Shown here: positions 1-12,430 of the stretch, in pieces | How the letters are laid out: every line of letters starts with the position of its first letter | How positions within the stretch are numbered: position 1 is the first letter of the stretch | Made by a program: the position numbers and the translations under genes | The notes under the pieces: model-generated | Seen by the model: only the letters and a program-made list of their open reading frames with translations | Told to the model about the DNA's origin: nothing | The model's database searches: none | Source of the DNA: Balanoglossus misakiensis | Lineage: Eukaryota; Animalia; Hemichordata | Length of the DNA stretch: 64,000 nucleotides | Assembly (NCBI GenBank): GCA_040954595.2 | Contig: CM082596.2 | Location: 310,001 to 374,000 of the forward strand | Direction: 5' to 3'

Positions 1-6
1 ACGTAC

Positions 7-138
7 CAGATATTGAGAGTAGACTGACTGTCCAGCTTTATTACCAGGCGTTGCATCGGTAGAATTCCATGTCTGATTAAAAAGGGTCGTGTTAATGGAG
101 GTCACTGTCGAAGGGAGGTATTCGATTTCGCCCATCAT
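7..138 (-). CDS. First coding segment of a probable membrane receptor (class A GPCR-like glycosylated N-terminus); gene continues beyond the left edge
   Basis: Minus strand reads MMGEIEYLPSTVTSINTTLFNQTWNSTDATPGNKAGQSVYSQYL, with three N-x-T sequons (NTT, NQT, NST) in 12 aa and no signal peptide. There is an in-frame TGA upstream, and the second ATG has A-3/G+4. It ends at a possible donor CTG|GTACGT (6..1) or reads on as LVR. No TM segment is visible, so the GPCR call is inference; a LINE-relic reading (LFNxxW) is an alternative. Confidence 0.55.
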
Positions 139-289
139 GGACTTGCGTGTCAGCGACAGATCCAGTGATGACCAATTAGGATTTGGTTTCGTATCGTACA
201 GCACGATATTGTGGTAATTAGCAACTTGTTCAAGCCAACGGCATCAGTGACATCCCGGTATACTCTATTTTACTGCACCGATTTCACGC
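7..289 (-). other. Exon containing 5'UTR plus start codon
   Basis: Acceptor cttctttcatttcAG|G (AG at 291-290), then 151 nt of untranslated sequence and the ATG; CpG/GC content is higher than the flank. Confidence 0.5.
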
Positions 290-3200
290 CTGAAATGAAA
301 GAAGTATTTGGTGAGAACACATCAATTGGCTGACAGGTTTGAACAGGTACTGAACTTGAAATGTTAATCGTCAAAGCGTCTTTCGACATGTAACAGCTGA
401 AGTCTAAACTTTCAATTGACTTCCTTTCATTTCACAATACATACAATTGTAGACGATGCGTGTATATATTAAACATGATCAACAGCAAAATCTCGTGGAC
501 ACAGAGAAAACAAGAAAAAACAAAAAGGGCATCCGAGCCCATGCCAACAAACATACCTTACAGGATACTATTTGATCTGAAAACTATACCAAATCCGAAT
601 CAACTAATTGGATATTACAGGGTCTAAAAGTGGATGAATTGTGAACGGATGAAGTGATAGACAAATACCTGTTGTCCCTGTTATGCACATGAACTGAATA
701 CGAAGCGTGCTTATTGTCATATGCTTAGCGGCATGACGGGAGAAATACTATGCGTAGGCCTGCCTTTAATGTTTCTTTTTATGACGCAATTTGGCGGGGT
801 TTGCATTGTAGGGCTTATTGACAGCTGCTTAGCGTGTGTATGGTCACGACGCAATTGGTGGATGTAAGCCGAGTAGCAGTGGGTCAATTATACTACAGTA
901 ACACGGAAATATATCAACATACTTCGACCTCCTCATATAATATACAACACAGAGGAATGAATAACGCAAGCCAATTTGAAATCATAAAACAGAATCATAA
1001 TAATTTATGTAGTATCTATGCTCCAGTTATTTATTTTTCTACTTTGTACTCAAATTAAAATGTACAGATGACTCATTCACTATGGTATACAGCATAGCAG
1101 GTAGCTACAATGTACACCACACTTACACTATTCCTCTGCACGTTTTTTTCACTGCCTCCGAAGTACGTTTTGATGGCCGGGATGCATGCTTTTCTTGGCA
1201 GCTATGAACTTTTGTGTTCCAAAGATAACACGCTTGAGTCAACACTTCACCGTGTGTAAATTACGCACTGTGAAAAGGAACTAACACTAATAGGCTAATT
1301 TCATTGATTTGAAACATGAATAGCATGTATCTTTCCAGAAAGGTGGCTCGTATTTTCCATTATGTCTGATAAAATATTAGTTGTGCGTTGGCGGGAAGGT
1401 AAAAGAAGTTCATTTTCGTCGGTGCGGTTTGGAAATACAAACTGACTTCAGAAATGCGGCAAAGGAGGAACCAGTAAAGGAAAGTGCGCTTCTCATCAGT
1501 TGCTATCTCTATATTGGAATTTCTTTGACTTGTACATTGGGTTTTAAAGTTCAAAGGCACGAGAAATGACTCTGACATAGTCAGAACTCATTGGCTGCAG
1601 TACCATCATATTGAATAATTACACTAATTATACCCAGGATAAAACAGCGAACAAATGGTGAATATTTCTATACCTTTAGCAATATTGTTACAGAAATATT
1701 TTCTCCCTCTTTCCGTATTAAAAATCAAAAGTATGACAATGGGAAAATGACCTTTAGTGAGATATACCCTACAAATATCTCCAAAATGACTTCAACGATT
1801 TTGGAAAAGGGATTCAGCCTTCGGGTGCAGTTTCATAAAATCATTTTTGTTTGTCGAAATGCTAATAAACTGCAATATGTACCGTCTGTACTATATTAGT
1901 GCCCTGGGGTAGTCATTACATTCCAGTCATTGTTGGATGCTATTATTGTTGGGAATAAGTCCATTTTCAATGAATTTTGCTGGAATTAGTGGCCATTATA
2001 TAACACTACCGACCGGGTGTGGAACAGACACAAGCTTTCAATGGCTGCAGCGAGACCGAGTTGCCTACATTTGATATCGGTATTCATTGCCTGCATTCTG
2101 TTTTGTAACTTGTAAAGTAATTATTTCACACAGCATTGTTATGTAGTAATTGCCTTCCATTGTAGTTAATAAACAGAACGCAAGGGATGGGCGGAATTCT
2201 TTTCATGTTTTTGTTTAAGACTGGGAATGACCATGTGGAATGGGCGAGGGTAAACCAGTTGTGAAAATTTAAAGATAGCCGCGGCAGTTAGGAAATATGT
2301 TAATGCTTTTCATTACACTTTTTGACATGATAAGCACCAAAAGAGTCTTCCATGAATACTTACACAATGAAAACAAGTAAGGCAAAATTTATACATTCTA
2401 CAAATAAACAGGACGCAGTAATCATGTTTTTCATATTGATTGAATGATATGCTAGGAGTTTTATTTGTCTGTAATTGCATGTGTCATCTGTCTTTTATCT
2501 TATAATTACTATTTTTAAATAGACGCACGTAACAGTTGTAAATGACTCCGTTATCACAATGTGTACATGATAAGGGAACAAAACATTAACTGTAAAAAAG
2601 CAGTGATATGACTAGAACAGGAAAAGGGAGACAGCCAAGGAAGAAAATACTGGAGGTAGTAGAAGTAAATGACCAGGAACTAATTAAACCATCCACACTG
2701 CAAATGAGGCAAATGGTGATGGTACACACAACCTACAGTTTTACTTAATATTAAGGTGCTCGCAGGGCTCACATTGACACTGTTGTCAAAAAATAGAATT
2801 TAATAGTGTTTGGACAAATGCCCTCACACAACAAACTCTTGGTGAAAATAAAAAAAAAGTTAAACAAACAACTGGGCAAGATTAGACTTCATGGAACACA
2901 GCGTGCTACTCTCATGTAATCCTGCAACAAATCACATTAATATTGTTTGCTTTGAATGCTGAGCACATATCTTTTGTCGTTTCTATACAATTAAATAAAT
3001 ATGATTCATATTGCCTTATGGCAAAACATCACTTGCAGTGACGCTAGCTCTCATTCTCGTTATACGAATAATTTCATCTAAGATGTGATAACGTACATTG
3101 TAAGTTAACAAATGAGTATTGTGGATATTTGTCATTTGAAATGATTAATTCTTATTAACGAGAATTCTTTGAATTAGTAAAAGATGAATGCATTTTCCTG

Positions 3201-4453
3201 CAGTGGAAACATTGAGATAATTACAATCACACATTTGTGGTCTGTCTGGGCTGACGACTTTCGTGATGCAGTCGCTATGCTTAAGGTGTTTTATGCAGTA
3301 ATTCAGAAGGAGGTTAAAGAATTATGGTAATTAAGAGATCGTGCTTTGTATGTAACCTATCATGACCAGTCTATATTTTCATTCCATCAAAACCGTTTCT
3401 TCAGACATGTACATAATTAGATAGAGGGAGAATATGAATCCTTTGAGGCAAGCAATTACACAAAAATAAACGAGTAGGGGAAAATACATAACCATAAATT
3501 TTCCGGACTGCTAATTCGATGGATGGGTTTATCAAATCACCTTACAAATATTTACATAATGTGTAATATTTAAACTAGCTAATGACACATGTAAATTGCC
3601 TTTGTTTTCTGATTCAACTTAGATTTTCCACATGATTACTTCAAGTCGGGTGACAGACGTCAGCATCTGAGAATGACACACTATTGAAATCCGATGCAAA
3701 ATATTCTTACTGTTATCTCACAGCGTTTTACGTCATCTGCTGAAAAGGAGATATTTTTAAAAAGTCTTTGTCCAAAGGTCAGCGTCAGACGGTCTACTTT
3801 GTTGATTCAGGATTAAATGCTAAAGCATAAACACTTTGTAAAAGAACATGTGAGATGTTACTTGAGTATAGTACCTCTATTTGATCCAAAGAACTTTATT
3901 TCAGTGAAATGTGCGCTGAAAAACACGAATAACACGGCCAGTGCGAGTAGAACTACATGTATTGCAACAGTGTGACAAAAGTGTGCAGTTTCGCACGTGC
4001 CGAACGAAAGCTTTTAGTTGTAGCATTTGTTGCAGGACTATAGATGAGGTTATTCATCACATACACATTTCAATGTCTCCCATGGTTAACCCAGCTGCGT
4101 AAAAATGAGTACATGTATATCAATCAACCAGGGTGGGAGATTTGCATTCTCATGTTAGAAATATCAGCTTCTTTCGGTCGAGATTATTTTTTATGAAGTG
4201 GCATTGCAATACCGTGTAAATAATGACTTCTTAATGCTTTTAGCAAAATTAATGAGTTTGGGTTAAGTTCAGTGGTGGCCCGATTTATGAGCCACTTATC
4301 TCCTTCCAGTATACGTCAATCTGTGGTAATTCATACAGGTAATAACATATACAGAAATGATTAAGTATTGTCTAATGGACAATAAATTAAGATGGTTTTC
4401 AAGTACATTTTGATAAGGTGAACAAAGAATAAAAACACGTCTTCATTTCTCTA

Positions 4454-4477
4454 TCTGTCTGTCTGTCTGTCTGTCTG
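4454..4477. repeat. (TCTG)6 microsatellite
   Basis: Directly visible. Confidence 0.95.
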
Positions 4478-4649
4478 TATGTGAAGATGCTATTCACATG
4501 TTACACACACGTGTGACATCACAAATTACCTGATCTTGTCTGCTTTTTGCATAGATGTGATAAGATGATTGCCCGAAACCATTAGAAATGGTTTCCGGCA
4601 AAGCTCCAAACTTCATCACGTCAAATTCTTATGGTTCGTAAAATGTATA

Positions 4650-5900
4650 TGTTTACCATGAAATGCACTGGTAACAACCCTACTAGAATTCTCCTATGTG
4701 AAAATGTTGTAAACGATAAAAAAAATCTTGTCGGCCCATTATAAGCTATTCATCAAAAGAACAGCATTAACTTCCGATTGTCATTGTGTGCGATTGTTGA
4801 GTCTTTATTTCATGTACAAAGCGTTATCACTGGCTATTGAACGTCTCTGAAAGAGTTAGGCATCTGTGACCATATGCTGTAATAACGCTACACCAGTTCT
4901 CTTACCAGGACTGATTAATTGAGGAGTTCTGGGATACAGGTTTGATGCTTGTTTCAATATGTTCTGATTAAAGAATGAATGGGTGCCACAGTCAAACAGA
5001 ATTCCAAGCCTTGTTGATTTGACCGGAGTTTACGACAGATACATCCATCACATGAATGAGGAACTCTTACTTGTATCGCAAGATACCTGCACTGGAATGC
5101 ATGTGCACAAGCCTTATTATACTCTAGCTGTGTTGATAAATCGGTGCCAAAGTTTAAGGCAGGTGGCCGGTAGATATGAACTCCGCGACAGGCCTTGATG
5201 TGATTTTGCTATGTCATCCGATTACACATGTGTTAAGGTCCATGACGATTATTTATTCTACAGCAAAAGCTATACATATCGGCACTTCAGTTATGCGCAA
5301 CTTGTTTCAATGACTTCCAGATGAACCCAACTGTTACAGACTAGATACGTTGAATCAAGATGTTAGTTATAAATAAAGTTCCAAACCATGTATGAAAACA
5401 GTGTTCGTAGCACCACTTAGTTTGAAATTCAATCATGAATGTATTTCATATTCTTGTCATGTTCAAACCACTTTATCTGAGAATCTGTATCCTCCACGAT
5501 TCTAAACGTGCTGGAAGTGTGAACCACACATGCTTTACACAAGATTCTCATTACCATTCAATCTGCAACAGTCTATTATATCTGGTAAAGCCGTAACAGG
5601 AATAGGGACTACAACAGCGGTGCTAACAAAGAGAGTCGGCCTCCACGGGAATTAAGCTTTAATTGACCTGTGAAATTGTACACGAAAGCTGCACATAGTT
5701 TCGTTAAGTCAACTTAAACTTGTTATCATTGAGCTTGTTATCCACCAAAATATCTCTACACATTGTTCATATTCAAAAATGTCCAACGATGCCGTAAGGA
5801 TCTTCCTGAAACACAATATTTGACAGAGTCGCATCAATAAGTCTGCTTCAATTTAACTTGTGAAGTAGGGCAATGTTTGGATAGAGCTAAGTCGTAGTTT
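4650..5900 (+). mobile_element. Ancient RTE-like LINE reverse transcriptase relic
   Basis: Degenerate motifs in canonical order across frameshifts: NFR (4769), LLSLYFMYKALSLAIERL (4794), LVDLTGVYDRYIH (5010), FSYAQLV at the YADD position (~5290), RLDTLNQ, LLY-G (5573), CLDRAK (5874). Confidence 0.6.
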
Positions 5901-6139
5901 ATGGAGAGAACTGCTTGTTTCCTTTTTAAAAAATGCCATCATTTGTGCAATCATCTAAATGCATAGTTTTAATGTACTCAAATACGTGTCCATGTACAAA
6001 ACGGATGACCTGCGCTTTTCAACAGATGGGGTGGACATGAGTGTGTATCAATCCCCAGGACCTCAACAATAGATGGTTTGGATGTAATTAACACCAACAA
6101 AGATGACACTCAATTTTAATCCTGGATTAAACTCCATGA

Positions 6140-6860
6140 TGTAACCAGTTCTGGGTGGTCACACGTGAACTTGGTGTTGTGATGAAACAACTGTCTAGGA
6201 ATAAAGACACCGTGACATGCAGAGTCGTTATGAATCAAAGACTTCTGACTAAGATAACAGGATGTACATAATTTCCCGTTACCGTGTGCTGCACATGACA
6301 ATATACCATATCCTTGATAACCTAAGCGGCTCGTCTTTGAAATTTCAAGCCCTTAAAACCCTACAGACATTGCAGAATGTCAACAGTTACACAACGTTTT
6401 GACAAAAAATCCTTGGTGGCTTCAATTATTCAAACAGATTGGATTGAGACTAGGCTTCAATCACAAATGATTTCAAGGAACACCTCTCCGATCTATTGGC
6501 TGATTGAATTAACTTCCTATAGAACATTATACTGAGGCACATACTACAGTTTTTCCTGTCTGTAATTCGAAAGAGGATACATCATCTGTTGTGAATTATG
6601 TCTCGGTTGCGGTGGTTAAAAGCCAAAAGGGGTTGATCAGTTGCAAGTACTTGAAAAGTGGACCTCCCAGTATTCGCACTTTGCGGTTTCTCTCCAATAA
6701 CACAAGATGACAAATTAGTGTGATAAAGACTGCCTGGTTGTGGTCATACAGCCAATGGAAGGGAGTAAAAAGCGACCGTTAAAATTATAGTTAGGTGAAA
6801 AATAGTCCATTAAGTGGTAGACATAACTCATAACAATCCTGGGTCAAAATTTTAACAGTG
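6140..6860 (+). mobile_element. Possible second LINE RT relic
   Basis: RELGVVMKQLSRNK (pre-RT NKA motif), KGVDQ, TQDDKLV (YADD-like); highly decayed. Confidence 0.35.
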
Positions 6861-7879
6861 AAGAGGCAGTGTAAAGCCACCGACCAGCGACGGAAAGCAC
6901 GTGATAACCCAAGCATTACAATTATGGACAAAGAATGGCAGACATGGGGTTAATATGAATCCGACATAAATGAAATCCTGTGAGTATCGAGAAACCCCTA
7001 GGAAATTACAGTGCATGTTCAATGTTAAATATAATACTGGTGTACTGCAACAAAGAAAGTACCCCACAGACATATGATACAAACCATTCCCAACTGCAGT
7101 TCATTTTTTAAAGAAAACAAGACTGAAATGAAGGAGAATGTTATGACTCGTTCTTGAGTTTGAGATGGAAAATCGACTTGTATTTACCACCGTATCTATC
7201 CACATAGCAAGAGCACAAGCACACAAAACCACACTCTTCCATACCAAAAGGTGATGCAACTTTTTTAAGCGTCAGGAGACACGTTTTAAATCTCTTTCTT
7301 CACAATCATTAAATCAGTATTATCCAGCATGTCGTCCCTCACATGTCTTTCAAATGAATAGCAAGGGGTTAATGCGGACTTTTAACTTAGTCTATAGATT
7401 TCTCATACTTGTGAATAAATTCACTTTGACATTTGTAAAGGTACAACGTTTTGGTGAGAGTTACTTTATCAATATCCAGCTTTAACCTTTGATGATTTCT
7501 TTATACCCTGTCAAAGGATTGATCTTTGACAACATCAGTGGCGGAAACTCTGCGTCTGTAAACTTTTAGAAGCTATATGCGCATTGGACGTGATATCCGC
7601 CAGTGTAAGCACTTGTTCTTAACGATGCTTTTCACCAATTTGTATCGTATAAGGATGATACATGTTCGTGGAACACACAAACCAGATATTGCATAGTTGC
7701 TATGGCAATCGTCTAATCTCGAAATGCCAAATGGAATCATTATTACGTCTGCAGTGTTTTCGAAAGAGTTAAAACATTAGAATTCTTTATGGAATGGTTT
7801 CAGTCGCCTGCTACTGTCGCTTTTAGTGCACCAAGTTTTGTTGTAAAAGTACATTATATCATCATTATTCACTTCTAGT

Positions 7880-8480
7880 TTTCGAATAAACTGCAGGGGG
7901 CATGCATGTTGCGACCAGGTTTGTTTTTTATATTGTAAAGATCGATGTCTCAGCAGCTCTGTAATATAGAAGGGGCATGCAGAATGTGTAATTGGCAATG
8001 CTCTAGTCCATACTGTATTCATGTTCAGATGGATAAAGGTCTAATAAGCATCCCGATAGAGCACATTAATTATTCAAGACATTCTGCCGATAGTTGGATA
8101 ATGAAAATCCCCTTGGAAAATTCGCCCCCTCACTAAAGGCCAGCAAAATGGTAGAGACGAGACAGATAGATGTTGACATGGGTTTCAATGATAAACCAAA
8201 TGAAGGAAGATGAAAGTTTAATCGAAGTAGGTTTCAATAAACAGAAAAATAGAACTGACAGTTTTGTAAATGATAAAAGACCGCATATTATTGACAAATT
8301 CCTGATTATTCTTGTTAAAAATGGTGCTCTCTTTTGTGAATTACATAAAAGGGCATTCATACTTGATGAAAGCATGCCGTTTAATAATCAAAGTGCAAAC
8401 AAGATCTCACGAAGTCAGACGACCGGCCCACCAACAAGACTAATCTACATGCTTTGAAATTATGATATGTGTGGTTGCAC
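7880..8480 (+). mobile_element. Gypsy-like LTR retrotransposon pol relic (RNase H to integrase start)
   Basis: ORFs 7945..8136 and 8170..8457 share a frame. RSMSQQLCNIEGACRMCNWQC resembles RSL..YSQIEKECLAIVWAC; MDKGLISI resembles TDHKPLISI. These are followed by WIMK...H*RPAK (YRPGK), QMKEDESL..V, LVKNGAL and RAFILDE. Confidence 0.5.
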
Positions 8481-9929
8481 AATCATGTGGAAACACAGTA
8501 ACTCTGATTACATCAGGATGACCCTTTTTCTGCTGGACTTAGTTGTGAATTGATGATGTACCTCACTCTCATATTTTAGACTTCCACATTAGAATTCAAA
8601 ATGTGCAATTAAACCATTTCAGCTGCATATTCACCCACCCATTTAGACATACTATTCAAACACTAGCCCTTCACTTTTCTCGCTTCAATAAACACAGATG
8701 GACCCACCAATTTGCGTACTAGCTGCGACCACCTGCATGTTAATATTAACCAGTAGACGTAGTTTGATGCTCTTGCACAGTCATGTTGTCCAGGAAAAAC
8801 ATGTCAGAAGTAACTACGCATAAGTTTCATCTATGAAGAAACGCTCTCCTGCCAACCAGAATAAATGACTATTCATTAATGCATCAAGTGGTAAGACAAG
8901 AATAAAACATTCCAGTCTAAACAACTTCAGTGCTGCGTCCACAAACCACAGGCGAATTTAACCATACTTGAAATACTGTTCCTATTTCATTAAATTATCA
9001 GTCATGTCAAGCTGGTGATGGATCTGTTCCCCTTTCTGTTAAACATCGAAGAGATGTGCCAACAGTCAGAGCAGATGATTTGCCATTCCGTATCTAGGCT
9101 TCAAAGGAACTTTTATGTAATACATGTATTAGTACGGTATATAATCTTCAATTGTCAGTGACAGTATCTGGACTTCAAGAAACACACTATTGATTTATCT
9201 TACAGTATATCTGCAGTCAATATTGAAGGGAATGATTGATTACTTGTCCCAACAATATGTTTTCTGAAAAGTAGATTTCCTAGAATATGCCATTAAAGGC
9301 AGCAGAGTCGTGAGATATGCCCCAATGTCTTCCGGACACAAAAGATAGTATTGGCAATAAATATGATGAGTGATCTATAGGATGGTCAGAATCTTTTGAC
9401 TGGTAGCTCATCATTGGTTGATAAATACGTGAAGGAAATCTTAGTTTCTGTAATGTTCATGTTTCCTATTTGTATTTTCGAATAGAATCACCGGGAAGTA
9501 GCCTGTTTGCATAACCAAAGGAAGCTTATAACTATAGTAACAGTAGAAAGTAGCAATGATTGGAACATAAGGGCCAACATCTTGGCCTTTAATATTGGTT
9601 TCTGTGTAGCTTTCACAAGTCTTTAAGGGGTGTAAATGCACAGAAGAATACACACTACATCACAAAACCACATACATGTACCATATTGCTACACTACACT
9701 ACGCTACGTATATGACCTGTGGGACTGGAGATAAATGAATATGCTTTTTTCGAACCCCGACATATTCTGTATAGATTTTTCCAGCGATAAACTTGTTATG
9801 GTTATCGATAACTGAACTGAGTTGAAGATATATCAAAAGTAAGTAAAATTCCATCTGTTACAGTATTCATATGCAAATGAAGTCAAGTGATACTGTTTGC
9901 AAATATCAGTTGGTGTTTCTTTGCCTTTT

Positions 9930-10430
9930 AAAAACAATTTCACGGAAACAGCTGTTGCAATCCCATCACCTTCACTTGTCTCCCAAACATTTCACCTGTC
10001 CAGCGTCATTTACTAAACTGTCTGCCTTCCATCAAAACGGACCCTTCCTCAGCACTCTTCAAACAACATATGTAAGGTATCGCCCGCAATTTTCTCTGCT
10101 TCAAAATTGACTTTGAAATACGAAGCCAGAAATGTGAACAAGTAATAGCTTTGTGAAAATTCATCTCACCTGGGCAACATGTTTTTCATCTCTAATGGGT
10201 TGCTGCTCCATGCCAGGGCAGTAGGCCTAAGTATGAACCTGCACAACTATGTGTATAACAGTGAAATCAAACGCAAGCGCTACCATTATAACTGTGGGGG
10301 TTTCAGCACAATATTGTTTGTTTGATTTCAAACATGGCTAAAAGTCGACTTTGAGATTTTGTAATAATTCCCCAGACTTTTGTATGTAGGTTTGCTTTGC
10401 ATCAATACGTTCGTTAAAGAAACAAGAATT
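9930..10430 (-). mobile_element. RTE-like LINE 3' coding relic
   Basis: Minus strand, in order: KVW, YCAET (LYGAETW-like, 10313-10299), LAFD..CY, ILR, SILKQRKLR (10110-10084), MEGR...RWT. Confidence 0.6.
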
Positions 10431-11499
10431 CCTGACTAGTTAGTTTTCTTCCTTGCCATAATCAACACACATGAATACTGTCGTCTTATTTGACTTCGTC
10501 AAGTGACTTAAGCTGCCAACAGTTCAGTAGATAAATCGTGAAGGTGTTTTACATCCGTCAAATGTGTGCTGATTACAGTCAACCATGCAGTGGTTTCAAT
10601 TGTTACATTTGTCTTACTTGAAAACTATGCATCTGAAGAACAAAATGAACGGTTAACAACAGTCGTAATTGGACCGTATCTGGAAAGTCACGATATTCAA
10701 TATAGGTTTACTCTGTAACTCTATGTTATATCTTACCTTCTTTGGCGTTTACTAAACAAAATGCCATTGGAAACATTTTGTTCATATCATATACAGACAT
10801 TGCTTCTAAATTATTGACTGGTGATAATAGAGGAATATTTACGACCAGTGTCGTCAGCAGAGAGGCCATTAGACACATTTCATCCTTAAACATCTACACT
10901 ACCAAACTATTTTTAAATATGTTCTTTAATATTACCTATATCTAGATTTTATCTTGCTTGGTTTATACAATTAACTCTAAGTTGGTGGCTTGTAAAACCT
11001 TACGTAATATCAAATTTTTGCCGAACATCACAATAGTATGCTATTTACCGATGTATCAGATTTTTATTATATTCTTAATCTTGCAAAAATGACTATAAAT
11101 CATAGATACGCAATTTACTCATGGCCAGCAGACATCATTTACAGCCGTCAATTATCGTAGAATAAATCATAAAAACTGACTCTCTCTTTCTCTCTCTCGC
11201 TCGCTCTTTGTATTGTACCCGAAGTTGTATTGAACAAACTGAAGAACCTTTATTTTGTTATTAAGACCTAAACTATTTACCATAAATATGGCGTTATAAG
11301 CAACCAACGTGCAAAGGTTAAAAACTGCATTCCCTTGATATAGTCATTGTTTCAAAAAGCCACCATACAACTCCCCAAGGCTACCATCTACAGATGGTGA
11401 ACCTGCATCTGTTTTAGTAAAAGAATGTAAAATACAGTACGTACATTGGATATCTCTTGGGGTTGACAAATGTGTTTAATTTATCCATATTCAATCGTT

Positions 11500-12430
11500 T
11501 CAATAATCCCCAGACGTTCGGACAGATGAGCCAAGAATGATTTAGCTTCAGCTAAGGTGCCTGTCGTCTTTTGGCGATGTTTCCTTGGCAGCGCACTGCA
11601 TTCACTCTGAGGAAACTTATAACCCTAGTCACAATCTATAAATCCAGTTTTCACTTTAGACAAATTATAAAGAAAATCTTTGATGATAATCAGCACTCAC
11701 AAAATTAATCTAGTATTGAAGGAACGCTTTGCTTATTAATAGGGTAGAGCATTTTATTCAAGGTGAGATGGACTTTGGATAGGAATATGCATAATTATCG
11801 ATTCATCAGTATAATGCATTCTGACGAATCACTTAATCTTCTGGTGACCTAGGAAATGGAGTGATACTGAGACTGGCAACGCAAAGCAAACATTGTCACG
11901 TGACATCTAACCTACTTTATATGTTATGTAAAAAATTCAATAGTTTGATATGCTAGGATTATCTTAAGAAACACAATCTTCTGAATTCATGCCAAGCCAT
12001 CCCTTTATAGTGGTGGTTCATACATGGCCTATAAAGGTAAACTGGAGTTGTTCTACTACCCTGAAACGGATACCAAATTCACCGCGCGCTAATGCGGATG
12101 TAATCATTATATTCTCCTCTCACTTGCTTCATAGAGTCTTCCTCAATCCTGGTTATAAAAAAACAAGTTCGATTTACGTCATTGCACCTTGGCTGACATA
12201 CGAGAAGTAATAGCAACAAATAGATCAGCTCACGTCACCCCTTCATTTCCAGAGGTACGACTAATTGAGTACTTTGGGAGCATACGTAAGATTCAGTGTA
12301 CAATTTCTGCCACAGGGTTTAATTCACCAGTAAATAGCTGTATAGAAACCATGTTGTGAAACAGAACACACTGAGAAACTTATCAGCTTTCACATAGTTT
12401 GCTTTGCTTCATCAGAAGGCTATTTTGCAC
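11500..12430 (-). mobile_element. LINE RT relic (RTE-like)
   Basis: AF-D (~12415), VSQG (~12190), EQLQ, FLGH (~11850), SENW, FLAHLS; spacing fits the RT core and C-terminus. Confidence 0.4.

Noticed and set aside
10170-10238. Other splice-site pairs (also near 25750, 19895, 46065)
   Set aside because: Weak or isolated, and present on both strands as expected for pseudo-exons
12370-12420. CTGATGA...GAAA hammerhead-like core on the minus strand (similar at ~51370 and ~58490)
   Set aside because: Stem I cannot form and stem II is poor
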